From positions 62,001 through 126,000 of the forward strand of contig JBODTK010000149.1 in the NCBI GenBank assembly GCA_050613775.1: a stretch of 64,000 nt of DNA, given 5' to 3'. A program made the translations under genes and the position numbers. The notes beneath the pieces were generated by a model, which saw only the letters and a program-made list of their open reading frames with translations, did no database searches and had not been told where the DNA came from. This DNA comes from Neocallimastix sp. 'constans' (taxonomy: Eukaryota). Shown here one piece after another: positions 27,172 through 38,380 of the stretch (position 1 is its first letter; each line of letters starts with the position of its first letter).

Positions 27172-27664
27172 GACTATCCCTTGTAGGTCTTGATCATATC
27201 ATCCCAGCCACAACAGACAACTAATATCAGACAAACTTTATATCGGGTGTATCAGGATACAACAAAGTGCTCCCATGCCATACCATTTCGGTGTCGACGC
27301 TCTCAGTCACGGATTACAGAACCACAAGATTTGAAGATGATGGATACGGCAAGCCACAACTACATACACTATAACATTATTATTTATTTACTACATTACC
27401 TTTCTCCAAATTAGGAAATCTATCCTAACACGTGATGAACACGCAGATACATTAACTAATGAGGATTTACAATACGCAGGAATCACCCCGCTTCAGGCAA
27501 TGTATACGTACAACTGAGAAGCACGATCATAGTGTAGACGATGACTTGTTCGATTTAGAGTTAGGCTGTCAAATGGATTATAATGGGTGGTAAGGTGGAA
27601 TCGAACTCCGGACTATTGACCTCAGGGTATAGGCGCTAACCATTGACCCGATCTCACGGAGTTC
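27132..27664 (-). mobile_element. tRNA-derived SINE with poly(A) tail
   Basis: TSD TTTCCAATCAGA(T) at 27120-27131 and 27665-27676. T-run 27132-27168 is the A tail. The head has an A-box-like CGGGTCAATGG (27650-27640) and a B box GGAGTTCGATTCC (27609-27597). Confidence 0.85.
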
Positions 27665-28480
27665 TTTCCAATCAGATAATTTTGGATTTTCGCAGTTTCT
27701 TGATGCATAATTGTAAAGATATTATTAATATCTTTAAATAATTTTAATTAAATTTAATCATAAATTTAAGTAAAATTAAAATAAATTTATTTGAAATCAC
27801 GTGTATAAAATTATTGAAAATATTTTTAACATAATTTCGATTTTTTCCCAATCATACTAATAAATTAAAAATTTCTCTTGTGAAACTAGTATTTGAAAAT
27901 CATTTCTTTTTATGTAATTTAATTTAAATAATAAGAGTTAAGGTTTTTCACAAGATAAATTAACAACATGAAACTATGCAATTAGTCATGTTGAAACTTA
28001 CGGCATTTTATGCTAAATTTATATTAAATAATTATGACAACTTTTATATTATTTTTAAATAGAAAATATATAATAAATTTACTAATAATATTTAAATAAT
28101 AAATAAATAATAAATGAACTCAATTAGAATTGATTATATTTATTTTAGTTATTAATTATAATTCTCTTTATTTAGTAATAGTTAATTATTTATTATTAGT
28201 TTAGGTTAGTATTGTTTTTAAATAAATAGCTAGATAATATAATTCAATAGGAATTATATATTATAAATGTAATAAGATAAAAATATAAATAGTTATCAAA
28301 TTTCATGTATTTTAATCGATGTAATTGTTATTAACGATTTCTTGTTAATAACACTTTAAAATAAATAAAGATTTTAATATTTAAAAAATTAATAAAACTT
28401 GTTCTTTAAAACTATTATTTTGTGTTTTAGTGTTATTATTGAAGTGTTGATTTATAATCTATTTTTTTACCAAAACTTTA

Positions 28481-28493
28481 TAATAACAATTAC
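28481..28493 (+). promoter_or_regulatory. Self-priming PBS of element B
   Basis: TAATAACAATTAC is the exact reverse complement of LTR 28321-28333 (GTAATTGTTATTA), ~30 bp downstream of a TATAAATA box. Confidence 0.8.
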
Positions 28494-28741
28494 CTTTTAA
28501 ACAAACAAAAATACGTTATAAATCAATAAAAAATATTTAAAACACGTGACTCTTTTGTGGCTTATTTGTGGCTTGAATCAAGATATTTTTACCAGATATT
28601 TTTACCAAGGATTTTTAGAAGCTACCCACTTTTGACACTACCGACTTTGGAATACTCACAATTTTAGATTATTGCTACCAGCTTTAGGATATCGCTACCA
28701 GTTTAAGGAAATATTCAACTCGATTCAGGCTAATTCTACCA

Positions 28742-28778
<37 letters not shown>

Positions 28779-29111
28779 TTACCAGACTCATACCATACCA
28801 TTTATCATATTGGGACACTTGTGCAAGACTTTTGAATAAAATTACCAGATTACGTGAGAAATCCATAATATTATTTGGAATTAAATTTTAACCAGTAAGA
28901 TACTATATTATAATATTCAGTTTACTCGACGGCACCACTACAATTGGAGAGAGCCAGTTCGACTTTACATACAATATTATAATAGAAATATCTTTTTATT
29001 AGAACATCTATTTCAAATATCATTATTTAAAATATTCAAAAGTAAATAATAAGTTACAAATTGAACGAAGTTGAAGATTTAATTCAAATATTCGAAAACC
29101 TTGATTTAGAA

Positions 29112-32100
29112 ATGAACCAAGCAAATAATCAAGGCTTCTTAAGAAACACTCAGAAAACAGTAAATGATCCACCACTGTTTTCTGGTATCAAGAGGGAATT
29201 CGACGGGTTCCTAACCAGAGCCGAAATTGCTATGGAATCCAACCCACATGGAATTAATAATGATATCGCAAAAGTCAAATTCATAATTTCTTATTTAATT
29301 GGAGAACCTTTAGACTGGGCTTCGTCTTTGAGACGCAACAATGACGAAATTTTGAATTCCTATGAAAATTTCATTAATGAACTTAGAGCTCGTTATGGTG
29401 AAGAAGAAGTTAATACTGTAATTGCTAATGGGAAACTTTGTTCAATCCGTCAACATAAGTTTGGCCACGTTAACGATTACATTAATGAATTCAATAAAGT
29501 TGCAAGAAACTCAGACTTCAACGAGTCTGCAAAAATATACATGTTTATCAAAGGATTACATTATAAAATGAGAGAACATCTTGCCGTGGTCAATCCGAAC
29601 CCAAACAATTTAAGAGCTTTGTTTACTGACGTTATTAGCATTGAGAGTTTAACCAAAAGACACAGTATTAATGAATTTTATTTTCATCAATACAATCACC
29701 GAAACAACGCTAGTTCCAGTACACAACTCACTAATAATGATCCCATGGAAGTTGACCTCTATCGAATCAAGAGAGGTCAAAGGAATACCAACTATTTCCC
29801 ATCCAACAAGAAATTGTACCAGGTGAATGTTAACTCTAAGGAAGAAGAAAGAAGAAAAGGTCTTTGCTACTATTGTAAGCAACCAGGGCATCTAAAATTT
29901 AATTGCCCGAACAAGAAGAGGCCCGCTACAGTTAAAATGATCAACAAGAAAGAAAGAAATGATAATATTGCATCTACTAGCTTAAGAAGAATCAGAAGAA
30001 TCAACAGCCAAGAAGATATTTTGAAAGTCAGAAAAATTGTTGAAGAGCAAAACTCACTCTTGACCAAGAAAAGTAACATTATTGATTTTTATATCAAAAC
30101 AAACGATACAGAAGAAGTAAAGGCAAGAGTTTTGATTGATTCTGGATCAGATCTTAACTTTATTCACCCAGAATTTGCGAAGGCTTTTGGAATCAAAACC
30201 CAACAAATTGAAGAACCATTCCGTGTTACTGGTCTTGGTTACGGAATATCAACAGTTAAAAAGGAAACGGAGAAGTGCATTTTACGTTTAAAAAATCACT
30301 TAGAAACCATTCAATTGTATGTACTCAGAATTCCTGATGTTGATATTATTTTAGGTCTACCTTGGATTGAGAAGCATTCGCCTTATAATTACCACGACGC
30401 AAAGAAGATCTCCTTTGGCTCAGGATTTTGCGCTAGACACTGTAATAACGGTAAAAGAAAAAGAAAGAACAAGATCAAGAACAAGAAAAAGAACAAAGGA
30501 AAAGAATCTGCTACCGACTTGGAAGAAAATAAAATTATTGAAGACTCAAGAAAAAGAAAATCTTTCTTTGAATCCGATTCCGAATCTGATTCTGAAGAAG
30601 AAATTTCTATTCGTGGCCGCCGAACTCGTATTAGAACTTGTACTGAATTTATTAATAGTGATAGCGATAGTGATATTAATGATACTTTTATGTTAGATAA
30701 TTTTAGTGATAGCATTAGTGATAGCGATAATTTTGGTGATAGTGATGATATTATTGTTATGAATTGTGATAGTAAAATTAGTAAAAATAGTTTAAAGATC
30801 TTAAAGAAAATTTGTGAATCAAGTAAATGTAAGAAATTAAATGTAATTGAAAAATGTAATAATGAAAATAATAATTTAAATAAAGATGATGAAAAGGTCG
30901 AAGTACCTGAAATCTATTTGATGTTTAAAGAAGTGTTTAATGAAAATAATTGTAATGTGTTACCTCCGCATCGTAATTATGATTGTGAGATTAAATTAAA
31001 AGATAATTGTAGTTTATTTTATGGACCGTTGTATCCTTTAACTGAGACGGAGAGAGAAGAATTAAAGAAATATTTAGAAGAAAATTTAAAAAAGGGTTTT
31101 ATTAGAAAATCTTCTTCTCCCGCTGGAGCACCTATTTTATTTGTTAGAAAAAAGGATGGTACATATAGATTAGTTATTGATTATAGAAAATTAAATGAAA
31201 TGACCATCCGTAACTCTTACCCTCTTCCTTTAATTAGTGAATTGTTGGATAGAGTTAAAGGTGCTAAATATTTTACTAAGTTAGATTTAAAATCTGCCTA
31301 TAACTTAGTAAGAATTAAAGAAGGTGACGAGTACAAAACTGCCTTTCGCACAAGATATGGGCACTTTGAATATCTCGTTATGCCTTTTGGGCTTAAGAAT
31401 GCCCCTGCTACATTCCAACATTTTATAAATGATGTTCTCAGTGATTACTTAGATGATTTTGTAATCTCTTATATTGATGACATTTTAATTTATTCTAATA
31501 CTTTAGAAGAACATCATGTACATGTCAAGAAAGTTTTAAGAAAATTGTTAGAGAATCATTTAGTTGTTAAATTAGAAAAGTGTGAATTTGATGTAACTGA
31601 AACTACTTTTCTTGGTTATGTTTTATCAAGAGATGGAATTAAAATGGATAAAGAAAAAGTTAAAGCAATTTTAGATTGGCCTGTTCCAACAAACGTTAAA
31701 GAAATTCAATCGTTTATTGGACTTTGTAATTATTACAGAATTTTTATTAAAGACTTTGCGAAAATTGCAAATCCTCTCCACAAATTAACTAGAAAAAATG
31801 TTCCTTTTAATTGGAGTTCTGAACAACAAAAAGCGTTTGATACTTTAAAAGAATTATTTACTACTGCTCCTATTTTGAAACATCCTGATAGCAACAAACA
31901 ATTCATTGTTGAAACTGATGCTAGTAATTTTGATGTTGGTGCAATTCTTTCTCAGGAATTTGATGGGCATTTGCATCCAATTGCTTTTATTTCTACTAGC
32001 TTAACTAAATCCCAAAGAAATTACCCTATCTATGACAAAGAACTTCTTGCTATTAAAGTTGCATTGGAAGGATGGAGACATTACTTAGAAGGAGCTCGCC

Positions 32101-33881
32101 ATCAGTTTATTATTTATACTGATCATAAAAATTTAACCTTTCCTCGAAAACCCGAACTCCTTTCCCAACGTCAAATCCGTTGGTATGAATTCTTATCTAG
32201 ATTTGATTTTAAACTAATTTACAGAGCTGGTAAAAAGTCAGGTAAACCAGATATTTTATCAAGACGTAGTGATCATTTATTTGCTAGTGTTCGTCCTATT
32301 TCATGCGTTATTAATTCATGTAGTTTTAAGAATGATTCTTTAATCTCCTCTATTCATGATTCTCTAGCTAATGATGAATTCTATTGCAAAATAACTGAAT
32401 TTCTTAAAAATGATAAATCAAAAGATCCCCCTTTTAGTAAAATCGATAAATTTTCTCTTGACAAAAATGGTTATTTACTTTTTGAAAATTTAATTTATGT
32501 TCCCAATAAAATTAGAATAAGAGTTTTGGAACTCCATCATGACTCTATTTCTGCTGGTCATTTTGGAATTAATAAAACTATTGAACTTATTTCTCGTAAT
32601 TTCTGGTGGCCTAATTTACAAAAAGATGTTAAAATGTTTATTAAATCTTGTGAAATTTGTTCAAAATCCAAAATCCCAAGACATAAGCCATATGGTTTAC
32701 TTTCTCCACTTTCTACACCAAATAGAGCCTGGTCTGCTATCTCTATGGATTTTATTGTTGAACTTCCGAAATCCAAAGATATGACCACTATAATGGTTGT
32801 TGTGGATCGCTTAACTAAAATGGCTCATTTTATACCATTTAGATGTCTTCCTACTGCTTCTATTGCTGCTGATTCTTTCATTGCTAATATTTTTAAACTT
32901 CATGGTTTCCCCGATTCTATTATTTCTGATCGTGGTTCTCAATTTACCTCTGATTTTTGGAATCGTCTTTGCTCTCTTTTAAATATTAAGCATTCTTTTT
33001 CTACTGCTAATCACCCGCAGACTGATGGTCAAACGGAGAGGGTGAACTCGATATTGGAACAATATCTTCGTTGTTTCATTAACGAAAAACAAAATAATTG
33101 GTTTGATTTATTACCTTTTGCAGAATTTTCTTATAACAATACTTTACAACAATCAATAAATCAATCACCATTTTTTGCAAATTATGGATTTAATCCAAAG
33201 TTTAATCCTGAGATTCCTTCAAACGAGAATCCACATAGAGCTGAAAAAAGAATATTGAATATTAACGAAAACATAAAATTTTTAAAAGAAAATTTAGAAC
33301 AAGCGAAAAAGACTTATAAAAAATATGCAGATTTAAAAAGAATGGATTCTCCTGATTTTAAAGTAGGAAATAAAGTTTATCTTTTAAAGGGTAATACAAC
33401 AAAGAAAAATAAAAAATTATCTGATCAACTAATAGGACCCTTTGAAATCATTAGAAAAGTTAGTGATTTAGCGTATGAACTTAAACTTCCTAATAATATG
33501 CGCTGTCACCCTGTATTCCATGTTTCGCTCCTCGAACCTTACCATGAAAATGAATTCCCAAACAGAAGAAATACTCGTAGAAGAAATATTAATCTTACTA
33601 CGGATACAATTAATAGAAGTCCTGAAAGAATAATTAAAATGAAAACTTTTAACAATAAAAATCGTTACTTGATTAAATGGAAAGGATGCGATTCTAATGA
33701 AAATACTTGGATCGATGAAGATCAAATTTTTGATAAACAATTAATACAAGAATACTATAGAAAAGAAAAGAAGAATAAATCTTCGAATATTAACAATGAA
33801 TTTTGCCAACTACCTGAAGATTCGAACGAGTACTATGTTAGGCATAAATATCAACCTTTTGTGATCGATCTTCCTTCCTAA
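29112..33881 (+). CDS. Gag-pol polyprotein with C-terminal chromodomain (first ATG 29112; frame open from 29061)
   Basis: Uninterrupted ORF: gag with CYYCKQPGHLKFNC, LIDSGS protease, YIDD RT, RNase H, integrase, GPF module, YLIKWKG...NTW chromodomain. Confidence 0.97.
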   Translation: MNQANNQGFLRNTQKTVNDPPLFSGIKREFDGFLTRAEIAMESNPHGINNDIAKVKFIISYLIGEPLDWASSLRRNNDEILNSYENFINELRARYGEEEVNTVIANGKLCSIRQHKFGHVNDYINEFNKVARNSDFNESAKIYMFIKGLHYKMREHLAVVNPNPNNLRALFTDVISIESLTKRHSINEFYFHQYNHRNNASSSTQLTNNDPMEVDLYRIKRGQRNTNYFPSNKKLYQVNVNSKEEERRKGLCYYCKQPGHLKFNCPNKKRPATVKMINKKERNDNIASTSLRRIRRINSQEDILKVRKIVEEQNSLLTKKSNIIDFYIKTNDTEEVKARVLIDSGSDLNFIHPEFAKAFGIKTQQIEEPFRVTGLGYGISTVKKETEKCILRLKNHLETIQLYVLRIPDVDIILGLPWIEKHSPYNYHDAKKISFGSGFCARHCNNGKRKRKNKIKNKKKNKGKESATDLEENKIIEDSRKRKSFFESDSESDSEEEISIRGRRTRIRTCTEFINSDSDSDINDTFMLDNFSDSISDSDNFGDSDDIIVMNCDSKISKNSLKILKKICESSKCKKLNVIEKCNNENNNLNKDDEKVEVPEIYLMFKEVFNENNCNVLPPHRNYDCEIKLKDNCSLFYGPLYPLTETEREELKKYLEENLKKGFIRKSSSPAGAPILFVRKKDGTYRLVIDYRKLNEMTIRNSYPLPLISELLDRVKGAKYFTKLDLKSAYNLVRIKEGDEYKTAFRTRYGHFEYLVMPFGLKNAPATFQHFINDVLSDYLDDFVISYIDDILIYSNTLEEHHVHVKKVLRKLLENHLVVKLEKCEFDVTETTFLGYVLSRDGIKMDKEKVKAILDWPVPTNVKEIQSFIGLCNYYRIFIKDFAKIANPLHKLTRKNVPFNWSSEQQKAFDTLKELFTTAPILKHPDSNKQFIVETDASNFDVGAILSQEFDGHLHPIAFISTSLTKSQRNYPIYDKELLAIKVALEGWRHYLEGARHQFIIYTDHKNLTFPRKPELLSQRQIRWYEFLSRFDFKLIYRAGKKSGKPDILSRRSDHLFASVRPISCVINSCSFKNDSLISSIHDSLANDEFYCKITEFLKNDKSKDPPFSKIDKFSLDKNGYLLFENLIYVPNKIRIRVLELHHDSISAGHFGINKTIELISRNFWWPNLQKDVKMFIKSCEICSKSKIPRHKPYGLLSPLSTPNRAWSAISMDFIVELPKSKDMTTIMVVVDRLTKMAHFIPFRCLPTASIAADSFIANIFKLHGFPDSIISDRGSQFTSDFWNRLCSLLNIKHSFSTANHPQTDGQTERVNSILEQYLRCFINEKQNNWFDLLPFAEFSYNNTLQQSINQSPFFANYGFNPKFNPEIPSNENPHRAEKRILNINENIKFLKENLEQAKKTYKKYADLKRMDSPDFKVGNKVYLLKGNTTKKNKKLSDQLIGPFEIIRKVSDLAYELKLPNNMRCHPVFHVSLLEPYHENEFPNRRNTRRRNINLTTDTINRSPERIIKMKTFNNKNRYLIKWKGCDSNENTWIDEDQIFDKQLIQEYYRKEKKNKSSNINNEFCQLPEDSNEYYVRHKYQPFVIDLPS

Positions 33882-36800
33882 AGTTAATCTCGCAGGAGCT
33901 CGACTTAAAGGGCGAGATTGTAAAGATATTATTAATATCTTTAAATAATTTTAATTAAATTTAATCATAAATTTAAGTAAAATTAAAATAAATTTATTTG
34001 AAATCACGTGTATAAAATTATTGAAAATATTTTTAACATAATTTCGATTTTTTCCCAATCATACTAATAAATTAAAAATTTCTCTTGTGAAACTAGTATT
34101 TGAAAATCATTTCTTTTTATGTAATTTAATTTAAATAATAAGAGTTAAGGTTTTTCACAAGATAAATTAACAACATGAAACTATGCAATTAGTCATGTTG
34201 AAACTTACGGCATTTTATGCTAAATTTATATTAAATAATTATGACAACTTTTATATTATTTTTAAATAGAAAATATATAATAAATTTACTAATAATATTT
34301 AAATAATAAATAAATAATAAATGAACTCAATTAGAATTGATTATATTTATTTTAGTTATTAATTATAATTCTCTTTATTTAGTAATAGTTAATTATTTAT
34401 TATTAGTTTAGGTTAGTATTGTTTTTAAATAAATAGCTAGATAATATAATTCAATAGGAATTATATATTATAAATGTAATAAGATAAAAATATAAATAGT
34501 TATCAAATTTCATGTATTTTAATCGATGTAATTGTTATTAACGATTTCTTGTTAATAACACTTTAAAATAAATAAAGATTTTAATATTTAAAAAATTAAT
34601 AAAACTTGTTCTTTAAAACTATTATTTTGTGTTTTAGTGTTATTATTGAAGTGTTGATTTATAATCTATTTTTTTACCAAAACTTTATAATAATGCACTG
34701 CGAATGAGATATCTGGCCTTGTTGATTTTGCCAAGTATATTAATGATCCAATAGCACTTTTGTATACTGTTATGTCGAAATTTGGATCATTATTTAATTT
34801 GTTATTAACTCCAGTACATGGTGTTTTACATTTTTTAATATTTTTTATATTATAATTGTTTAATAAATTTTCGATAAAATTTTTTTGAGAAATATAATAT
34901 GAATTATTATAAAATTCAATTTTAATTCCTAAAATATAATTTATATTTCCTGATTTAGAAATTTTAAATTTTAATTTTATTTTATTGACAATATCGTTGA
35001 TCTCTTGAATAGTTCCAGTAATCAACATATCGTCCACATATAAGCCAATTATGCATAATAAATTGGCCTTTGAATATTTTTTAAAGATGCATGGTTCTGA
35101 TTTTAATTTATCAAAACCATTTTGGGTTAAGAAAGAAGATATAGTCTCATACCATTGTCTTCCAGACTGTTTGAGACCATAAAGTGCTTTATTCAAGCGC
35201 CAAAAACCTTTCTTATAATTAGCGTCACCTGGAGATATAGTTGTGTATATTACTTTATCCAGGTTTGCATTTAAATAGGCCGCTTTAATATCCAATTGAT
35301 GGATATTCCACTTTAATTTGGCGGCCAAAGCGATAATCAATTTTATGCTATCGCTATTTAAGGTGGGGGAATAGGTTAATTCATAATCTATTCCTTCCTT
35401 TTGATTGAAGCCTCTTGCGACCAATCTAGCCTTATATTTTTCAATAAGGTTTTGGTCGTTAAGCTTTATGTTGAATACCCATTTAGTGGTTATAACAGTG
35501 CTACCCTCCGGTACCTTTTGGACGAACGTCATGATATTATTGCTGTAAAGATTATCCAGCTCATCATAGATGGCTTGGATCCATTTATCTTTATCAGCTG
35601 AATTCATGGCCATTCGGAAGGTGAGTGGTGGAGAGGTGGTGATTGATAAGACCATATCACTGTCATGAAATGAGCTTTGAGCACGTGTCCAATCCAAATT
35701 ATACACAACACGTGACTGAATATCAAAGGGTATGGAAATGTTGTGTAACCCTTTTTCCACGTCATTTTGAGAAACTTTCGTGGAATTAATATTTACTTCA
35801 TCACGTGACTCGTAAACAGGAAATGCATCACCAAACATAGAATTATGTTCCGAAGGGGAGTTCAAGTCGAAGGGAAGATTCACAAAGAGTGTATGATCAG
35901 AGTCTCTGGAGAACTCAGGTAGATCCGTAAATTTATCTTCAAAGAAAGTTGCCTCTCTTGTTGAAACAACTTTATGGGAGCGGCAGTTAATAATAATGTA
36001 AGAGTTTGAGAAAGTATTGATGCCCAGGAAGATACCTTTGTCGGAGTTTTCATTTAGTTTGGAGGCCTTATCTTGAAAGTTGTTATGATAAGCAATACAA
36101 CCAAAGACCTTAATTTTAGATAGATTAACTCTTTTACAATAAAAGAGCTCATTTGGGATATTATTTTGGATGCTACTATGAGGAGTAATATTGTATAAAA
36201 TAGTAGCATAAACGAGAGCAAAATCCCAAAATTTAATATTTAAATTAGCTTTGAACAAAATGGTTTTTATACAATTAATAATTGTTTGATTAAATCTTTC
36301 TGCAATTCCATTATTTTGAGGATTATATGGAGGAGAGAAAGATTTAATAATACCATTTTGTTTGCAAAACTTTTGTACCTTTTTATTTTTATATTCTTTA
36401 GCGTTGTCGGATTTAAAATATTTAACGCTATAATTATTAAAGTGATTAAAAAGGTACTTAAAAAAATAAATGATAACATTTGTAGCCTCAGACTTTTCCT
36501 TAAGAAGGAAGGTTCAAGATTTTCTACAATGTTCATCAATGAAAGAAATGAAATATTTCTTTCCTGTAACTGAGGTTTCAAGAGGTCCAACTATATCTGA
36601 ATGAATGACCTCAAGATTATCAGAAGCCCGGGGAGGAATTTTATTTTGGGGGCTTCTCTTTAATTTGCAAATACTGCACTCAGGGCAGTTATTTACAAGA
36701 GTGTTGTGATCTGAAAGATATGTGAAAATATCTTTATTGTAGAAATGGCCTAATCTGTTATGCCATAACTGCAGATCACTATTATTATTGTCCTCAAGGT

Positions 36801-38351
36801 TTGATAAAATATTAGATCCCTGTAAAATTGGGATTCTAATAATATTATCTTGGTTATAAAAATAACCTAAGGTTGAGTTATCCTTAGAGGATGATAATTT
36901 AACGAAGGTTTTATTATCTATAGTTCCAGTACTAAAGAGAATACCTTCGGAGGCTAATTTAATTCCACTAATAAGGTTCTTATTTACATTCTTGGAATAA
37001 AGAACTCTATTTAAGGTAACCGGAAAATTGTTAATGATACCATGAAAAGTACCATAACCCTCAAAGGTACAGGTAGTGTTGTTGGCACATCGTAGAACCA
37101 TCTTGTTTGGAACGAAATTAGAAAGTAAAGACTTATCCCTTGTGATGTGTTCACAAGCACCGGTGTCAAGGGTCCATAGAGATGACTTGGTGTTTGTCAC
37201 ATGATCAATACCATTTTGTGTAATTGGATCACGTGAATATTGGTCACAATTTTGACACAAAACATTTAAGTTTTGTCCTGGAGAAACGTTTCCAATGTTA
37301 AACTCAGAAGTTTCTAGAAGATCACGTGCAAACTTAAAATTATGTTCGTGATCCATAAAATGACTGTCCATGGTGGCTGGTTCGAGACTATCCATGTCGT
37401 CTTTGAACTTGTTATTAATGTCTTCATAAGATAGGTTCTTGAATTTTTCAATATTGCTAAGATTTTTCTTGTAATTCTTCTTCTTCTTGGAGTGATTTCC
37501 CTTGGTCTTCAGATTGTAACGGCATTCCTTGGTGGTGTGTCCGGTTATATCGCAGATATGACAGAACTTCCTTTTGTAATCATTGATATTATCAAGGTCC
37601 ATTGGGTCGACCCTGACTTCGTTAACTGTCGGATTATTTTTAGGTTTATTGATGTTTCTTTTCGATTTGTAGTTGTAAAAAGTAACAGTGTCCTTAATTT
37701 CATTATAAAATGCAGTCGGGTCAATATTAGCTCTAGGCTTGAATTCTTTAGCAAGATCTCTTGGAAGGGCTTCTTGCATAATAATTAATTTTTCAAGATT
37801 ATTAATACGTAGATTTGTGTCGTCTAACACATTAAAAATTTCAACAATTTCATTTAGAACGTCCATTACGTTTTGAACGTTCTTAGCCTTGAGATTATAT
37901 ATTCTGGCTAATAAGAGGCTATATTTTTCCTCTTCATCCCGATGATAGAGAAATTCTAATTTCTCGATTTTTTCTCGGGGATTATTAATGTTCTGAATGT
38001 ACGTAAGTACTTTTTCAGTCACATTGGAGATAATAATTGAATTTACAGTGGCCTCTTTGGCTTCTGCCTCTTCCACTGTTTGGCGTATTCCTTGGACGAT
38101 ATTTCGCTGACGGGCAAGAGCTTCGTCATCCCTTTGATCTTGAGGTAACTGGGCCAATCGAGCAGCTTCATTCGCAGCATCGCGGAGATCACTTCTTGCG
38201 TTATTGACTACATCAATAGTAATGTAGTCACTAAGTCTTTCAGAGCGTAAGTGGCTGGAAAGAAGAAGAAACCATTGATTGTAGTTTCTTCCATTAAGCT
38301 TAATTCCCAAATCGTATTTAGTCATTGTTTTGCAGAAAAATAAAAATGTTT

Positions 38352-38380
38352 TCTTAATCTCAGAATGAGACTCTTAATCT
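38352..38380 (-). promoter_or_regulatory. Copia C PBS complementary to the anticodon arm of tRNA-Lys(CUU)
   Basis: Plus strand reads ATGAGACTCTTAATCT (38365-38380) next to the LTR and TCTTAATCTCAG (38352-38363). Together they spell stem TGAGA, loop CTCTTAA, stem TCTCA. Confidence 0.8.

Larger units (their letters stand above)
27712..34689 (+). mobile_element. Intact Ty3/gypsy chromovirus element B; LTRs 27712-28482 and 33919-34689
   Basis: 771-bp LTRs, no difference noticed by eye. TSD ATAAT at 27707-27711 and 34690-34694. PPT AAAGGGCGAGA at 33907-33917. Confidence 0.98.
26586..38325 (-). pseudogene. Copia C gag-pol, one reading frame with a single TGA (36514-36516) and two insertions
   Basis: CCHC knuckle (CHICDITGHTTKEC), protease (WTLDTGA), integrase (HSDIVGP), RT (LYVDD), RNase H (CDADFAG). 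Removing gypsy B and the SINE restores FAVHYASRNCENPKLSDWKKVLN. Confidence 0.93.

Noticed and set aside
27190..27414. 74-aa ORF
   Set aside because: Non-ATG start, antisense to the SINE body, no motif.
27585..27660. Functional tRNA gene
   Set aside because: Degenerate cloverleaf at the head of a poly(A)-tailed, TSD-flanked insert.
36514..36516. Programmed stop-codon readthrough in copia C
   Set aside because: The TGA replaces a Trp expected inside the integrase core, not at the gag-pol boundary; a nonsense mutation is simpler.
16156..37788. Short antisense and alternate-frame ORFs overlapping the gag-pol genes
   Set aside because: Shadows of real coding sequence with no independent motifs.
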